From Lama glama (Eukaryota): a stretch of DNA of 64,000 nucleotides. The stretch covers positions 6,822,001-6,886,000 of the forward strand of contig CM052818.1 of assembly GCA_028534125.1 (NCBI GenBank), given 5' to 3'. The notes under the pieces were generated by a model. The model made no database searches. It saw only the letters and a program-made list of their open reading frames with translations, and was not told the DNA's origin. A program made the position numbers and the translations under genes. This document shows positions 10,878-24,779 of this stretch, in pieces (positions within the stretch are counted from its first letter, which is position 1; each line of letters begins with the position of its first letter).

Positions 10878-12151
10878 TGCACTTTTTATTTTATTCCTCA
10901 GTCCTGTCTGTAGTTTATATAATGCCACAAACCCACTGTGTTATTAAGACAATGTATATGAGACAGAATCACAGTGAAGACATGTGAGCACAAATGCACA
11001 TGCCTCTATTAGGTATTTAAGTGGAGGTCAAGGTAGCTCATACATACGCATGAGCCATGTGCCATTTTGTGTGGGGAGGGGCTGACAGTGTGGTCCCACT
11101 TTGGGACACAGTTGTATGGGTGACAAGTGGGTTAGGCTTCAATGACCTGCAGGGATAACTCCCAGCTCAGATCTCAGCTCTACCCACAAAGCAAGACAGT
11201 TGCCTCTGGCTAGCCTGTAAGGGGAGGCTCAGGTCACGGAATGAGGGATAAAAGGGGGGGAATGGAGCTGTTCTACTTGACATCTGCTCTGATGGGAACA
11301 AGGCTGAGGCGCTCTGGAAAGGCCACCCACGTAGGTCAGACTAGGGCAATTTCCAGGCAATTTCCTCTCCCTGTGGTGGTGCTGCCCCTGGGCCCTCTGG
11401 GAGCAGTCCCCGCACGGCTGCACACGCTCTCGGGAGCTGCGCACCAGGGACCATCACACTCAGCCTTCCTCTCCTTTCTCAGTGTACTCTGGGCAAGAAA
11501 CTCATGGCCACCTCTCTTCACACAGCAGCAAAAAGCTTCCCACTAGGGTAGGGCAGCTGGCCCACCAGGCCAGGCCCCTCCCCTAAATTTTAGTTGGCTC
11601 CAAGTTAGAAAATAAATGCTCTTCCTCCTGCCTGGGTGTGGTGGGAGCTCTGAGCTGGGTGGTGCCGCCCTGGCTCAGGCACTCATAAATCACAGCCTCT
11701 TCTGCTCAGTGAACCGTCCCAGCAAACCCTTTCCAGACTAGCATCAAGTTCAGACCACAAACACCACCTCGGCTCCTTCAGACGAGGTTAGAGAGGCCTG
11801 GCCAAACGTACATGCTAGAAGCCAGCGGGTAGTTCAGTCAAAGTTAATGTTTATACTTAGGGTAACTGATACCTTATCATCCAATCCACAATACTTCTGA
11901 GAATGAAGGGGGGACCTACTGATAATTATGCCAGAACAGCACAAACTGTCATCTAGAAACACTTGACCTAAAGTCCAGTTAACTAGAACCCAGAGATTTT
12001 TAACATAACAAAATCTAGAAAGAGATAGCTCCCAACCCCCCAAAATACCCTGCAAAGCAAACTGAGTCATATTTTTGTTTAAATACCATTAAAATGCTTT
12101 GTGTATATTCTAGACTCAGTACAATTTCAGCTCAAATCCTTAAATAGCAGT

Positions 12152-12338
12152 CAGTGCTGTCCAACAGCACTTTCTGTGATGAAGGGCACGTTCTACCTGC
12201 TCTGTTCAACATGGCAGCCACAAGACAAATGTGATGACTAAATACTTAGAATTTGCTAGAAAAACTGAAAAATCTGATTTTTAATTTTACTTTATTTAAA
12301 TAGCTACATGTGACTCGTGACTTCCTAACAGTGCAGAT
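12152..12338. mobile_element. MER3/MER33-like hAT-Charlie DNA transposon fossil
   Basis: Begins cagtgctgtccaacagcactttctgtgatga and contains aacatggcagccac...tagctacatgtg, typical of MER3. Confidence 0.65.
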
Positions 12339-12636
12339 CTACGCTTACCGATACCTGAGACACTTGAAAAATTTCACTGTGAGTCACCCTTAAGCAGTTT
12401 TGATTGAGGATAAATAAAATGTACTTTCTTCAAACTCTACTTGGCCTGGGAAATAACTCATACATTTTAGTTTTTCAGCATGAAGAATTTGAAAAGAACC
12501 TCGAATTCGATTTCAGGTAAAAGTCAACTGAGCCACAACATACCGAGCATCAGTTATTTGAACTTTTACTTTCTAATCAAGTAATTTAGCCACTGCTCTC
12601 ATGAGTGAATGGCCAGAGGCCAGGACCACGTATTAC

Positions 12637-12759
12637 CCGGTAAAGCTGCAGAGAAGACTTGAGGCTTATGAGACTGGACTTGGGTGGAGTCAGGTGGTCG
12701 GTAACGTCTGCTACGTTGTACAGCCAGCGGATCAGCTCTTCCAGCTGACAGCAAAACGT
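12637..12759 (-). CDS. CEP68: CEP68 exon 4 (TFCCQLEELIRWLYNVADVTDHLTPPKSSLISLKSSLQLYR)
   Basis: Acceptor ctacacag, donor CGG|GTAATA; 123 nt, phase 0-0; within ORF 12586..12780. Confidence 0.95.
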
Positions 12760-13624
12760 CTGTGTAGACAAACAGAACACGTGGTGTTATCCATGGAACC
12801 GCTGTTCACATTTTCAGAGGCTAAAAATACCTGGGGATCCCAGGATACAGTCTCATCGCCTTTCCAGAGCCTCCCCTCATTGAGGTGCTGGTCTCCTCTC
12901 TGCCCCACTGCCATGACTCCAGACCTCCGCCAGGACATATAAAGAACCCCACCTTGCTTCTGTCCCCTACTCAGGCTGGGAAAGGCCAGCCCTGTGGGTG
13001 AGGATGGAGGAGCTCAGGAGAGGGCAGGGACAGGGACAGCCCAGAAGAGGCCTGCTTGACAGAAACCAGTTCTTGGGTCAGCACTACTGCCAACTCTCGA
13101 AACACTCCTGGGGAAAACATGAACACACAATACATGACCACAAATCATGACAGATGTGATTCTATGCCTAGAAACGACTGAATTAAAACTGCTTATCCCT
13201 GTTCTGCCCCCATCCTGCCCAGGAAGCCAGGCCCCTAGCCTCCCTCCAGCCCCTCACTTGGGGGCAGCTGTGAGCCAAGCACTTTACCTCACGGTCTAGC
13301 CATCTTTCATCCCAAAGCAGAGCACATGCTAACACTGGTCCTACCTACATCACAGGACAGAGAGTCACTCATGGGATATCACAGGGCAAGTTAAACCACC
13401 CCTCAGGCTGGCTGCCCTGCATCTGTGTGGACATGGTGTCTGGGTGCTCGCCCGGGAAGCAGACTGTGGGCTCTCCAAGTGTGTGGACAGCCACCTTCCT
13501 GAAGATCCTTGTGTCAGGGACTGCGCGAGGCCCTCGACATGAATTATTCAATTAATCCACACAACATTCCAAAGAGACAAAGCTCCACATTCTACAAACA
13601 AGCAGACTCAAGAGACAGAGCCGA

Positions 13625-14234
13625 ATACATCTGGAAAAAGATGAAACCTCTAATTGGAAATGCACCCCGGTGTTCACAGCAGCACTATTTACAATAGCGA
13701 AGACATGGAAGCAGCCTAAATGCCCATTAACAGATGACTGGATAAAAAAGATTGTGGTATAGACATACAATGGAATATTACTCAGCCATAAAAAGGAAAC
13801 ACCATTTGCAGCAACATGGATGGACCTCAAAATTATCATACTAAGTAAAGTAAGTCAGATAGAGAAAGACAAACCTCTTAAGATATCACTTATATGTGGA
13901 ATCTGAACAATAAATGAACTTATTTACAAAACAGAAATAGACTCGTAGAAACAGAAAACAAACTGTGGTTACCAAACAGGAAAAGAGGGGAAGGGAGAAC
14001 TCAGGAGTTTGGGATTAAGACTCACACCACTATATATAAAATAGATAAACAAGGATCTACTGTATAGCACAGAGAACTATATTCAGTATCTTGTAATAAC
14101 CTAAAATGGAAGAGAATCTGAAAAAAAATGTTTGTATATCTATGTGTGTGTAACTAAATCACTTTGCTGTACACCTGAAACTAAACAACACTGTAAATCA
14201 ACTATACTTCAATTTAAGGAAAAAAAAAAAAAAA
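13625..14234 (+). mobile_element. 5'-truncated LINE-1 3' end with poly(A) tail, antisense in CEP68 intron 3
   Basis: ORF2-end/3'UTR motifs (gcagcactatttacaatagc, aatggaatattactcagccataaaaag, gcaacatggatggacct, gtaaatcaactatacttcaa) and an A-run at ~14219-14234. Confidence 0.92.
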
Positions 14235-14724
14235 GAGAGACTGAACCCAAATTCTCTTCCAGGGAGTACTAGCTGTATCTCCAGTCTTCGATGGTCCACA
14301 AGGTTCAGTGGCCGTAACTCTGCAATTATACCACTTCCTCAAACTGGAACTCTGAGAAGTCCTGCAGCCAAGAAAACACTTGTGTAGAGCCCTTATTCCC
14401 CAGAGGCATCTGAGCACAGGTCCTTCTTATACCTCTTAATCCCCAAGGTCAAGGGCCGTGGGGAGCAGCCTGGGGTAGTGGCTGGCAGCTCAGGGTCTGG
14501 GCCTTGCTAACCGTGAAGGGGCAGGTTATACCTAACCTCTTGCTGCCTTTTCCCCCAACTGTGAAATGAGAACAGCAGTAGAGCTGTGAGGATTAAATAA
14601 GATGAGGTGCAGCATGATGCCTGGTGCACACGTGCTCACTGTTAACAGGTTCCCCAGAGGTGAGTGGCCTGCGAGAAGAAGAGACCAGACAACTGGACGT
14701 AAAGCCTCTGAATGCTGACTTTAC

Positions 14725-16254
14725 CTTCACACACTGCACGAGTGACTCTTTCCCTTGCTCTCCTCCTGTCCTGGGAGGCTGCCCTTCAGCATCTGGATCC
14801 AAGAATGCCCGCCGGTCCCACACAGACGGCAAGGAGGCGCGTGTTCTCAGTGGTCCAGAGGAGACCCCCGGGGCCTGGTTGCTCACCAGACTGCCCTCCC
14901 CTGCAGAGCCCCTCGCACGGAGGAAGGAGCGCAGCAAACTGTGGTTCTGGCCCCCAGGGCTCCCGGACCCTCTGAGAGCAGCCCCAGAGGGAAGCTGGCT
15001 TTGGCTGGAGTCCGATGGGAGGGAAGCTGGCCCATCACTGTCTGACACATCCAGAGAGCTCTGTCCTTCAGCAGTGCCAGTGAGCAGGGGCACCAAGGTG
15101 GGAATGGAAGTCAGATACGAAAACAAGCTAGAAACTTGTGTCAGCCGAGGGGGCAGGGCCAGGTACTCGTCGTCACTTTCCACCTCCTCTTCTGACCTCC
15201 ATCTGGACTCCGTGCAGGCCAGGCGCCGGAAGCCCTGGCTGGCCCCTTTCTCTCCTTCCAGCCTGGGTGAAGGCCACTCTCTGCCCCTTGTCCTTAGGTG
15301 GGGAGAGCCCAGCTCAAGGTGCTTGTCCACGGGTGGCCAGTCCTTCACACCATTCAAGGTAGGCTCTCTCCTCTCCCAAGGAGTGTCCCTGCTGCCTGGG
15401 GCTCTGGGCGTAGATGTGAGATGGCTACAAGATGCCAACCCCACACTGCCCTGCTTCTGGGGTATTCCAGAGGGCCGCTGCTTAAGGCCTGGCTCTCTGG
15501 GCCCAGAGAAGGGCAAGGCAGTCACCTCCTCTGGTGGACAACTGTGGGAGACATTAGTAGGTGACTTTAGGGTGCTTGCTGGGGAGATGGAGAAGCTATC
15601 CAGGTCTATGCCTGAGTCTTGCAAAACAGGGTCACCCAGCACGTGGCTGTCAAGGTGCTTTGGGAGCCGAGGACCGGGCCTGAGTGGGTAAGTATAGTCC
15701 AGTAGGTCTTCGTACTCTTTATTCGGGTTCCAGAGCGGGGAGCGGCGGTCGGGGGAGGGAGGCAGGGAATCTGGCAGCACACAGGCCCAGTACTCAGCCT
15801 GGAAGGATAGACGCCTCCCGCCCAGCCCGGAAGCATCGCCCCCTGAGGACACAGGCTGGGGCAACCACTGGAGCCGAGGCCCTGGCCCCACCCCCGAGGG
15901 GGCTGAGGGCGGGACAACCAGCTCCAGGGAGGAGGAGACCTGGGCAAGGGAGCAACCCTGAGATGCCACCTTTTCCTGGTGACCCTGAAGGCTGCTGCCG
16001 AGGGACGCAGCAGAGCCGCTGCAGCTGGAGGACTGAGGAGCAAGGGCCCCCGGGTTCACGGCGGACCTTCCCCTTGACCGGAACGGCAGGCCTGAGATGC
16101 GAGACTGTGGACTGAGGTCCAGCACCTGCGGCAACTCAACTGGGGACGGGTTATCTTCCATATCAGCATCGTGTCCTGAGCTAAAAGTGGAGACTCTAGG
16201 GACAGGGCGAGTCTGAGGTAGCTCCTTAGAGGCAGGAAGCCTGGTCTCCTCCAT
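14725..16254 (-). CDS. CEP68: CEP68 exon 3 (1530-nt Ser/Pro-rich exon with SFQAEYWACVLPDSLPPSPDR, WNPNKEYEDLLDYTYPL and DSGIDLDS)
   Basis: Within ORF 14593..16374; acceptor ttacag|ATG, donor AAG|GTAAAG; 510 codons, phase 0-0; motifs characteristic of CEP68. Confidence 0.97.
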
Positions 16255-17238
16255 CTGTAACGACAGGAGGGAAGGAAACGGTGAGAATAAGCCAGCCAAA
16301 CTTCTGTCCTCGGTGACAACTCGGGAGTTCTCTTTGGGGGCCCAGATGATACTGAGGAAAGGAAGAGGCGACAAGGATCAGATGGAGAGTGTGTGCTGCT
16401 GGTGGCCAGCTCCGGGGAGCAGCCTGTCTTCCCCAAACCGATCCCACCCTCAGTCCTTTCAAAAGTTCTTCCTCCAAAGATGCCCAGTTTGTGGGTGAGT
16501 AGAACTCAAGCCACTCTGTTGTGCTGAAGCTGAAACATACCGCCTAACCTCTGAGAAGCAGACGGAGCCTCAATCATTCTGTCACTGACAGGAGGCACAC
16601 CCAAACCCGGCAGTCAGGCAATCCACCAGGCCCCACGCTGCTCAGCTCACACCCAGTGGTGACTGAACAGTGACAAATGAGTCCTCCTCTTCAGCCTCTT
16701 CACTTCAGATTGTTAATCTGCTCGATGACGAACCAGCCCCTAAGTGGTTCAGGGCGTGCGCTTTAGAAGCAGACAGATCTGATGCCAACCCCTAACCGCC
16801 AGCTTCCAGATGTACCACTGTGAGCCTCTCTTCCCTCACCTGCAAAGTAGGGGTGGTGACAGGGCCATTTCCTGGACCCTCCTTCCCCAAGTCTCCTCAG
16901 GGGACCCCTAGAGCCTCCACAGCACCAAGTCAACAACAGGACATGGCTCCTCCATCACAGCTCCCTGGCCTAGCCCTCTGGGCAGAAGTCTTGCCCATAG
17001 CATGCTGGGTCCTCAAAAGATCACCAGTCACACTCTTGAGGAACAGCAGATGCTGTGGACAGAGCCCCCTGCTGGCAACAAGGCCCAACTCTCCACCTGA
17101 ACCTATAAAACAGAAGTCATCACCCAGGCTCCCCAACTACCCCACCGTGGACAGGGGGCGGGGAAGGCACGTTAGACAGTGAGACAGTGCTGGGGCACTC
17201 AGCGGATGGCATCAGGTCCCATCTGCCGTCGTACTCAC

Positions 17239-17592
17239 CTGGTTCCCCACGGAGTGCAGGTCTCCGGTCCCCAGGCCAGCAGGAGGAAGCAGGCAACCAA
17301 AAGCAGGCTGAGACCCACCCGCTACCGGCTCCTGGCTGGCCCTGCTGGCCTGTGGCTGGGAGGCTCCAGAGGGGCCAGGGTCAGTCCCTCCACAGCAGGC
17401 AAGGGCAGGGAGCCCCTCGGTGCCTGCGACAGGGGAGGCAAGCCCTCCCTCAGCTTCCAGGCGTGGCAGCTGCTCCCTGTGCATCGGCCCCGGACTGTCC
17501 GCTTCCTGCTCCCTGCAGCTCCACCTCCCACAGGACGGGGCCTTTGTGTCTGCAGATGCCGCCACCTCTACCTTTTCTTCTCCCAGAGCCAT
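17239..17592 (-). CDS. CEP68: CEP68 exon 2 coding part with initiator ATG (MALGEEKVEVAAS...SVGNQ); exon spans 17239-17634
   Basis: MALGEEK N-terminus as in CEP68; acceptor tttcccattttgtag before 17634; donor CAG|GTGAGT; 118 codons. Confidence 0.95.
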
Positions 17593-19249
17593 TGGGATGT
17601 CCCTAGGCCAGGGTTCCGCTGAAGTGCTGGCTCCCTACAAAATGGGAAAGGAAGAGAAAAAAATAAATTTTGTGTCTATATCCAGGAAACCTTGCTTTTC
17701 ACTTTTTAATGACTTAGACAAACATTTTTTGGCCAAATAAAAAAAAAAAGAACAAATGATGGCCACTTCCTCAGAGAAAAAGAGAGGTCTGGCTTTTCCT
17801 CAGCCCCAGACCCTTCCAAAGGGCACACAGGAGCACATCATTTTGTCCTCTGCTTTTATGTGGCTGGAGTGGCCCTGGCAGCAGGTGCCCAAGAGGGTCA
17901 ATGCAGACCCAAACCAGAGTCAAGGCTTGGTCCTGCCTAAGGTCACTGTTCTGTCCCTGTCTCTTCTGCCCAGCCCCACTGGGGAAGGGACCTGGCCTGG
18001 GACCCTCCTTGTGCCAGCCCCACAGCAGCTGTTGTCACAACACCCCCAACAGCAGGCGGTTCCAGCCTGGCCCTGGCGGCTCGAGTCCAGAGAACAACAG
18101 GTCCCAGCACGCCCAGGCTGAGGCTGAGTCCAGAGCCTGCTCTGCAGGCAGAGGAGGCAGGACCCTCTCAAAGCACAGAAACCGGGCTGTGAAGCCGACA
18201 GACCCTTCTCACGCCAATGAGGGCCGGCAACCAAAGACAGAGCAGCAACTGCTGGCTTGGGTTACGATTAATCTGTACCTGAGAGAAACAGTGGAAATCC
18301 AGGTGGGAGACAGTGGTAATGGCATGAGCACCCGCACACAGACAGTGAGAGAGAGAATTACACCAGGCAGGCAGCAGGCAGGTGGGAGAGAATCGGGGTG
18401 AGCTCTCAGGGTGGAAAGAGGGAAGAGTCTCGGAGCTGGCTCTGAAAACAGAACTGTTCCAATAAGAGCTTCAGGGACACAAAGGGAGCCCCCTTGGCCT
18501 GAGTGTGCAGGCAAGGGCTCTGACGGGAGCAATGGGGATGGGCTGAATGGCAGTAGAACAGATCCAGGAGGATTTAGAGTGGGAAGCAAGGGAAGAGCAA
18601 GCGCCCAGGATTTCAGAGGCCCTGCAGTGCACTGGGCCAAGCTCAAAATCCAAACCTGGCCAGAAATAGCCTTGCTTCCTCAGAGATAAGAGGGCGGGGT
18701 GATGGCAAGAGGAGGTGCTGGGGGCACCAGGGAAACCTGAGAAGGTGGAGGAGGCAGTGGAGTGGGTGTGGGCTCCTCCCTCATGCCCCACCGCACACCC
18801 GGACCACCACCACAGACACCACCGGGGGCACTACCACAGGCAGCAAGCCGCGGAAACCAGAGTGGCCTGCCCTCCCAGCCGCCCGGCCAGGCTCCAGACA
18901 GTCAGAGGTGAGCTGAGAGGAGAGCACACACATCACATGGTTCTCTCATCACCCCACGGCCACCACGTGCACAGGGACTAATCAGAATAGCTGTTGGACA
19001 GGTCGTCTGTGTTTCAAATATAAACTACCCTCAAGTGTGAGTCTCCCTCCACTCCCGACCCCGTTCCTCACCCACACAAGCTAGTGCTCACAGGGCATGA
19101 TGACAGTGCCCGGTGCACAGTGCCAGTCTCCACTAGTGCTCTAGTGTCACAGGGCGGAGGGGAGGGAAAGAATCAGGTTAACAAGTCACTTGCAAGGAAC
19201 AAAGGAGTCCAACAGAGGAAGAAAAAGCAGCCAGATTTTCATATAAATC

Positions 19250-19785
19250 AATTAAAATATTTCCTACTAGATACTCCCACAAAAACAGTTAAATAATCTA
19301 ATTTTGTGTGCATCTCATCTCTTGATGTGTAATGCAAACACAAAAATCTACTCCATCCTTCCCTCTATTTTTACAACAAAGTAGCAAACTGGACAGAACA
19401 CACTGTTTAGAACTTTTCTTTTTTTTTTTAATGAAATACTTTGGAGATCTCTCTTTAGCAATACACAGACAGCATCCTCTCTTTTTTCACCACTGCCCAG
19501 CACTGTACTCCGCTGTAAGGATGCACCTTAGTTTACTTCCCTGGTCCACTCCTAGTGGATATTTACATCACTTTCAATCTTTTGCTACTGCAAACAAGGC
19601 TGTGTGAAGAACCACGTGCACGCCCCACTGCACATGTGCCAGCACACTCACAACAGAGTCAGAAAGACAACCGCTGGGGTGAAGGGGACCCGAAAGTGTA
19701 CTTCTGGCTTACGTTGCACCTCTACAGGTGGCATAGATTTCCATCCCCACCGGCAGCCTGAGAGAGTGCCTGTTTCCCAGGGGAG
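19250..19785 (-). mobile_element. Old LINE-1 (L1M-type) 3' fragment
   Basis: Degenerate reverse-strand L1 motifs (ggatatttacatcactttcaatcttttgctactgcaaacaaggctg; atttccatccccaccggcagcctgagagagtgcctgtttccc). Confidence 0.55.
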
Positions 19786-22700
19786 CCAGGTTCTCCTATC
19801 CTCACTTCACAGAAGCCACTCAGAGTCAAATCCACGTCTGTGTGACTCAGAACCCAAGTTCCTTATGAACCAACTGGGGAACAAGTTACTAGACAGGCAC
19901 CCAGGGTAGAAGGTGGGGAGACTGGCAGGGGGACAGGAAGATGATGACCAAATTCTGCTGATAAAGAGTCTCATGGAGCCACATCCTCACCTGGTGGCTC
20001 TTTAAGAAACTGCACATGAAGACACAGGCAAACTGTGTTTTCACAATTATGGGAATAAGCTGAGTCCTTGAGCTGGAAAAATTAGAGTGAAGGCTGAACC
20101 TAGCCTATGACCCCCAATTTCTGCCGCTTGCTGCATTCCTAGAAACTCTCAATGGCCAGAGTCAGGCCGTGATGGGTGGCTAACTAAAGAGTGTGGTCTG
20201 GAGACAGGGCACTGGAATAAGACCATGCTGGGGCAACAGAGGGGTACAAACAAATGATCTGTCTTGCCTGGATCTTATTATTCAAAAAAGAAGGTATCCA
20301 TTCATCCCGGGGTTGGGGGGGGCAGGAAGGGGGCAGTGAGCTAGAATTATAAACTATTTAGGAGATACCTCTAGGTGACTCTTAAGTACACATACAAAAC
20401 TGAACTAGGTTAACCCTGTTGCCAGAGGCCCTTCAGCAACCAGGAAAGGTCTGAAATTCAATGTTTTCAAAGAAATGGTACTTCTGAAAAGACAAATTAT
20501 GGGTGGTTATTTTCTCAGTCTGGATACACAGTCCTTTCATAATCTTACTTATTAATCTGCCTAAGAAATCATGCTGTATTTTCCCTGTGCCACATAAATT
20601 TTTGATGAGAACTAAGACGTACGTGAAAGAAAAAGTCTGTGAGTGTTCATTCCAAATTCTATGTAAAGTACTACAGAACACAAAGGGAGAAATCGACCGG
20701 GATAGAGATAATCAGGAAAAATTCCTTGAAGTAATGACTGCTGAAAACAAACCATTTTTAAAACATCAATAATGTGGAAGAAAACGTCAGCCCAGCCAGT
20801 GCACAAGCTTTGGATTTCTAGGGCTTGACTCTCTGCACTTGCCAGGTGGGCATCCGTAACGATGCATGAAAGTCCAGCCCTCATTTCCAGAGTCTAGACT
20901 TTACACATCATCATTCCTTGTAATCCTCTGAGGGTGAGGAAAGAGGTGGGGATCTGCTTGGGCCCTTCCAATGAGAGACTGCTTACTCCTTTTCAAAGTG
21001 CCCAATGGGCTGCTCAGATGAAAATGACTTGCTCTGCTGTCAGTAGCTTTAAAAAACCTACTAATCTACATGGGTCCCTCCTGCTCTCCAATCACACGTG
21101 TACAGTGTGCCTGGAGGCTGGCAGCTCTGTGGGGGACAGAGGCCTCAGTCAGTCTCCTTCCTAACAGGGAAGAAACAGGAGGTTGGACTGAGTGACTGGA
21201 GGGCTCAGAGTACAGACAATGAATTCAACCCTCCCACCTGAGAAAGGTCTGCACACACCAGCTCCGCCCTGTGCTTGGCCAAACCAAGAGACAAGCCACA
21301 GAAGATTCAGGATATGCCAGGGACCACCTGAACTTTAGTATTAAAATTCTCCATTAGTTTCCAGGGCCTGCAGAGGTGTATGACCTACCAGATATAATTA
21401 GGAGTGATGCAGACTTGGCTTACTCTTGCTCTACAGTAAAAATATGCTCACATATCACGCACGGGATAACACTAACTCGGAAGCCTGGCCATCTGACCCT
21501 TCCTGGTATCTGCTGCACCACCCTCGTGCAGTCTGGTCACAGCTGCCAGGGCTTCCTCCTATCACACCAGTCCAGGATGGAGAACAGAGGACTGGGGTTT
21601 GGAGTAGCGAGTGGGGGAGGTAATGTTCCTCTTAACTAAACCATTCAAAAATATAAATGATCAACTTAGGGGGCAACCCTCTTTTGATCAAAAAAGGACT
21701 TTCCCCAGGATTCTCTAAATCAAGCTCCCTTTCAAACAATCTGATTTATATCAACCTTGCCCGGGAAGCTGGGTTCTGGGCACGGCCCGTCTCTGAACCT
21801 GAGCGCACAGACAGCAGCTGTACCAGCCACGGAGGCCAGGTGCTGCTCGACAGAGCCAGCCCTACCAGTTCAGAGGCCCAAGCCTTGACACTCCTTGCTG
21901 TTTTCGCAGGAGGCCACAGGTTTAAGTGGCAAATACCACGCACACACAGAGGCAGAACCTGGCCAGAGAACTGGACAAAGAGGTTCTCAGTGCTGCTTTT
22001 TCTTGAAGGACATGAAGCTGCCCACAAGGGAAGCAGGGCTGTGGGGTAGGACCCAGCATCGTCAGGTTGCTGGAAGGCTTCTGGGGGAACTAGACTGGTG
22101 TGAGAAATGAGTTTAAAGGCAGAAGCCAGTCCAGGGGTGGGAGGCAGCATGAAAGCGGGTAAAGACATATGTGAGGGAGGCCAACAAAAGGGGCAGTCAC
22201 AAGAGGCCCAGGCCGGCCTCGGGGTGGGGCGGGTGCCAGGAACGCTGTGGCTGGAGGTTTGAGACTGGGAGGCCACTGGCTAAGGGCGCCTGCCATTCCA
22301 ATTGCTCCTTCCCTGGCTGCACAGACCTGATGCCCCTCAGTCCTCTACACAGGCCATCTCTCCCTGTGGGGCAGGTCACCCTGAGTGCTCTGCCCTCCTC
22401 CTTTGCAGGTGAAGCAAAGCAAAACAAAAAGGAAGAGGTTCAGAGCTATGAAGGGGCAGAGGTGTGTCCCACGGCTTGGCAATAGGCTGATGACATCTTC
22501 AGGAACCTTGGCCCCAGCACTCCCTTTCCTTCCGCAGGGCTGCTTCCCTACCTCCTGCTTACAGTCAGAGTCCTCCAGGGCCCTAGCAGGAGCCAGTGAG
22601 ACCCTCTAATCAGAGTGGTGGGAAGGCTGTCACAGGCTGCTCTCCCCTCACTTTCTCTCGCTCACTCACCAGCTGGCTGACTGGGACCACCGGGAACCTC

Positions 22701-23624
22701 ACATCAAGGCCGATCTTCTAACTTGTCAATGAGAGATCTTTACACAGCCTCTAAGGAGATGCAGCTGCCACATCTCCAAGGCGCTTAACCGAGTTTCCAG
22801 CCACCCCTTCCCTCAATCCCAAACTCTCTGGCCTCCTCAACAGTCAGGAGATTATTGCCGTCCAACAAAGCTCAAAGTATGAGGGTGACGGGGACTGAAC
22901 ATGTCAATCAGCCAGCCCCTCTTGTTCCCATCAAAGAACAAGGAAGAAACACAGTTCCCCTGTAACAAAAATCGTTCCAACTGTCTGCAGAGGCCGGCCC
23001 TGGACCACATGGTTGCAGTTCCACAGGCCATTGCTTTTACTGTACTGACAGTTCTCTGTGTCCATCAGGCTACGTGTATGAAGACTGATAAGAATCTTAC
23101 TGATTTTCTGGAGGTGCTATTAAGACCATCACTCACTATATGAAAGTGTCCTCTTTGGAGAATCTATGGGAGAAGAATTCTCTGAGCTCAGTAACAGAAA
23201 TGGCTGTTTCACTGAGTAGTCAGCCTGTTTTTACTTTAGAGGTAATGGAGATATTGCCAAAACTAATAAATTTTTTTTCTTCTTTGCTTTGGCTGCTAGG
23301 AAGCTCATCTGTAGTCCCATCCAAGTAAAATGTATAGCACAGAGAGGCCCTCCCCTTTTGTTCTACTCTTACCCTTGACTTCTCTTAATTTTCTTTTACC
23401 CTATCTTCTTTAATTACTTTTATTAAAAATCTTGTTACACTGAAAGCATTTTGGAAAAATTCCTCAAATCATTTTTTGGAACAAAACAGAGGAACTATTA
23501 AAAAACAGAATAAAATAATAGAAAAAAAAAGGCTCCTAAATCCAAGACTTCATCCCAATACCAGAAGAAAACCAAGCCTATTTACCAGTACATCTAAAAA
23601 GCAAATGTAGATAAAGTTAGTACC

Positions 23625-23795
23625 TTTCTACTCAAAGTGCTGTCCTCGGAAAAGCAGCATTCGCATCACCTCACAGCTTGTTGGGAATGTAGGTTCTCAA
23701 GCACCACCCACCCCAGAGCTTTGGAATCAGAATCTGCATTTTAGCAAGAGCTCCAGGTGGTTGGTAAGCACAACAATGTTTCAGAACCACCAGGT
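23625..23795. mobile_element. MER5A-like DNA transposon fossil
   Basis: ctactcaaagtg...agcagcattcgcatcacct...gaatcagaatctgcattttagcaagagctccaggtg...agaaccac. Confidence 0.75.
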
Positions 23796-24779
23796 TAGTA
23801 AGCCTGCTGTAGCACCCGGGAAAGGAACTACAATGGCTTTATAACCACTCACTGAGTGCCTACTTTATGCAAAGCACACAAGAGAAGGAAATTTATGGTC
23901 CTTGTCCTTAACGTGCTTCCAACAGGACATGAGAAAAAGCTCAACACCTTGTGGCAGGTTTTTAATGGCTAATTATGGACTGTCACAACTGGAAGGGTAC
24001 CTTCAGAAAGAATAGTATTCCCTAGAAAGGATTCAAGATTCATGTGGCTACACTAAAAGCAGAATCAGGGACCAGAATTCTCCTGTGACAGTTACAAATG
24101 AGAAGTAGTACGGTCTTTGTTTTGGAGACTCCAAATAATTTAAGGGAAACTGACATGCCAAGGGGACCTACAGCTGGAAGGAAATGTACAACTTAGCCTG
24201 TTTCCTGCTACCAAAATGTGGTACAGGAAAACCTGGAAGTGAGGCAATATCCCCACAGGGGGTGTATCTGCCACCTCAAGGTTTGGCAAATAGGTTTAAA
24301 GCTAACAGGAAAACTTCTTCCACTGTTCACAATGTTTGTGAACAACTTTAAAGACAGGAGAGTTTCTTCAAGAGAACAGATTTAAGTTAAAAGGAGAGAA
24401 GCTACCACAAGTCCACCTCCACTGGAACCTACCATCCTAAAGACTTTTCATCAGGCCCCATCTGTTTCACTCCCCTGCTTTTACACGACCATTTTGATTA
24501 ACAGACCACATGAAGACTTTATCCAATACTACTGTAACACTTGGCCACTCCATCAATCTCCAGTGGGTGGTGATACTCTAAATGCATAAACAAGTAAACT
24601 TCCACAGAATACTTTTACTCGGGGGTGGGGAAATCTGGAATAAGGGATTTTTTTTTTTAAATCAAGGAACTTATAAGGACTAAAAGGCAGGCAGACTCCA
24701 AAGGGTCAAATACTATACAGACATTTAGTATTAGTGAATCTGTTCAAGTATCTGTTTATTTTTATCCTAACAACTGCCA

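Noticed and set aside
14624..15691. 355-aa plus-strand ORF
   Set aside because: Starts at GTG and lies antisense to the GC-rich CEP68 exon 3; best explained as a shadow ORF with no recognisable domain.
14593..16374. 593-aa ORF as a single-exon gene
   Set aside because: It is CEP68 exon 3 plus intronic read-through; splice sites at 16254 and 14725 join neighbouring exons in phase.
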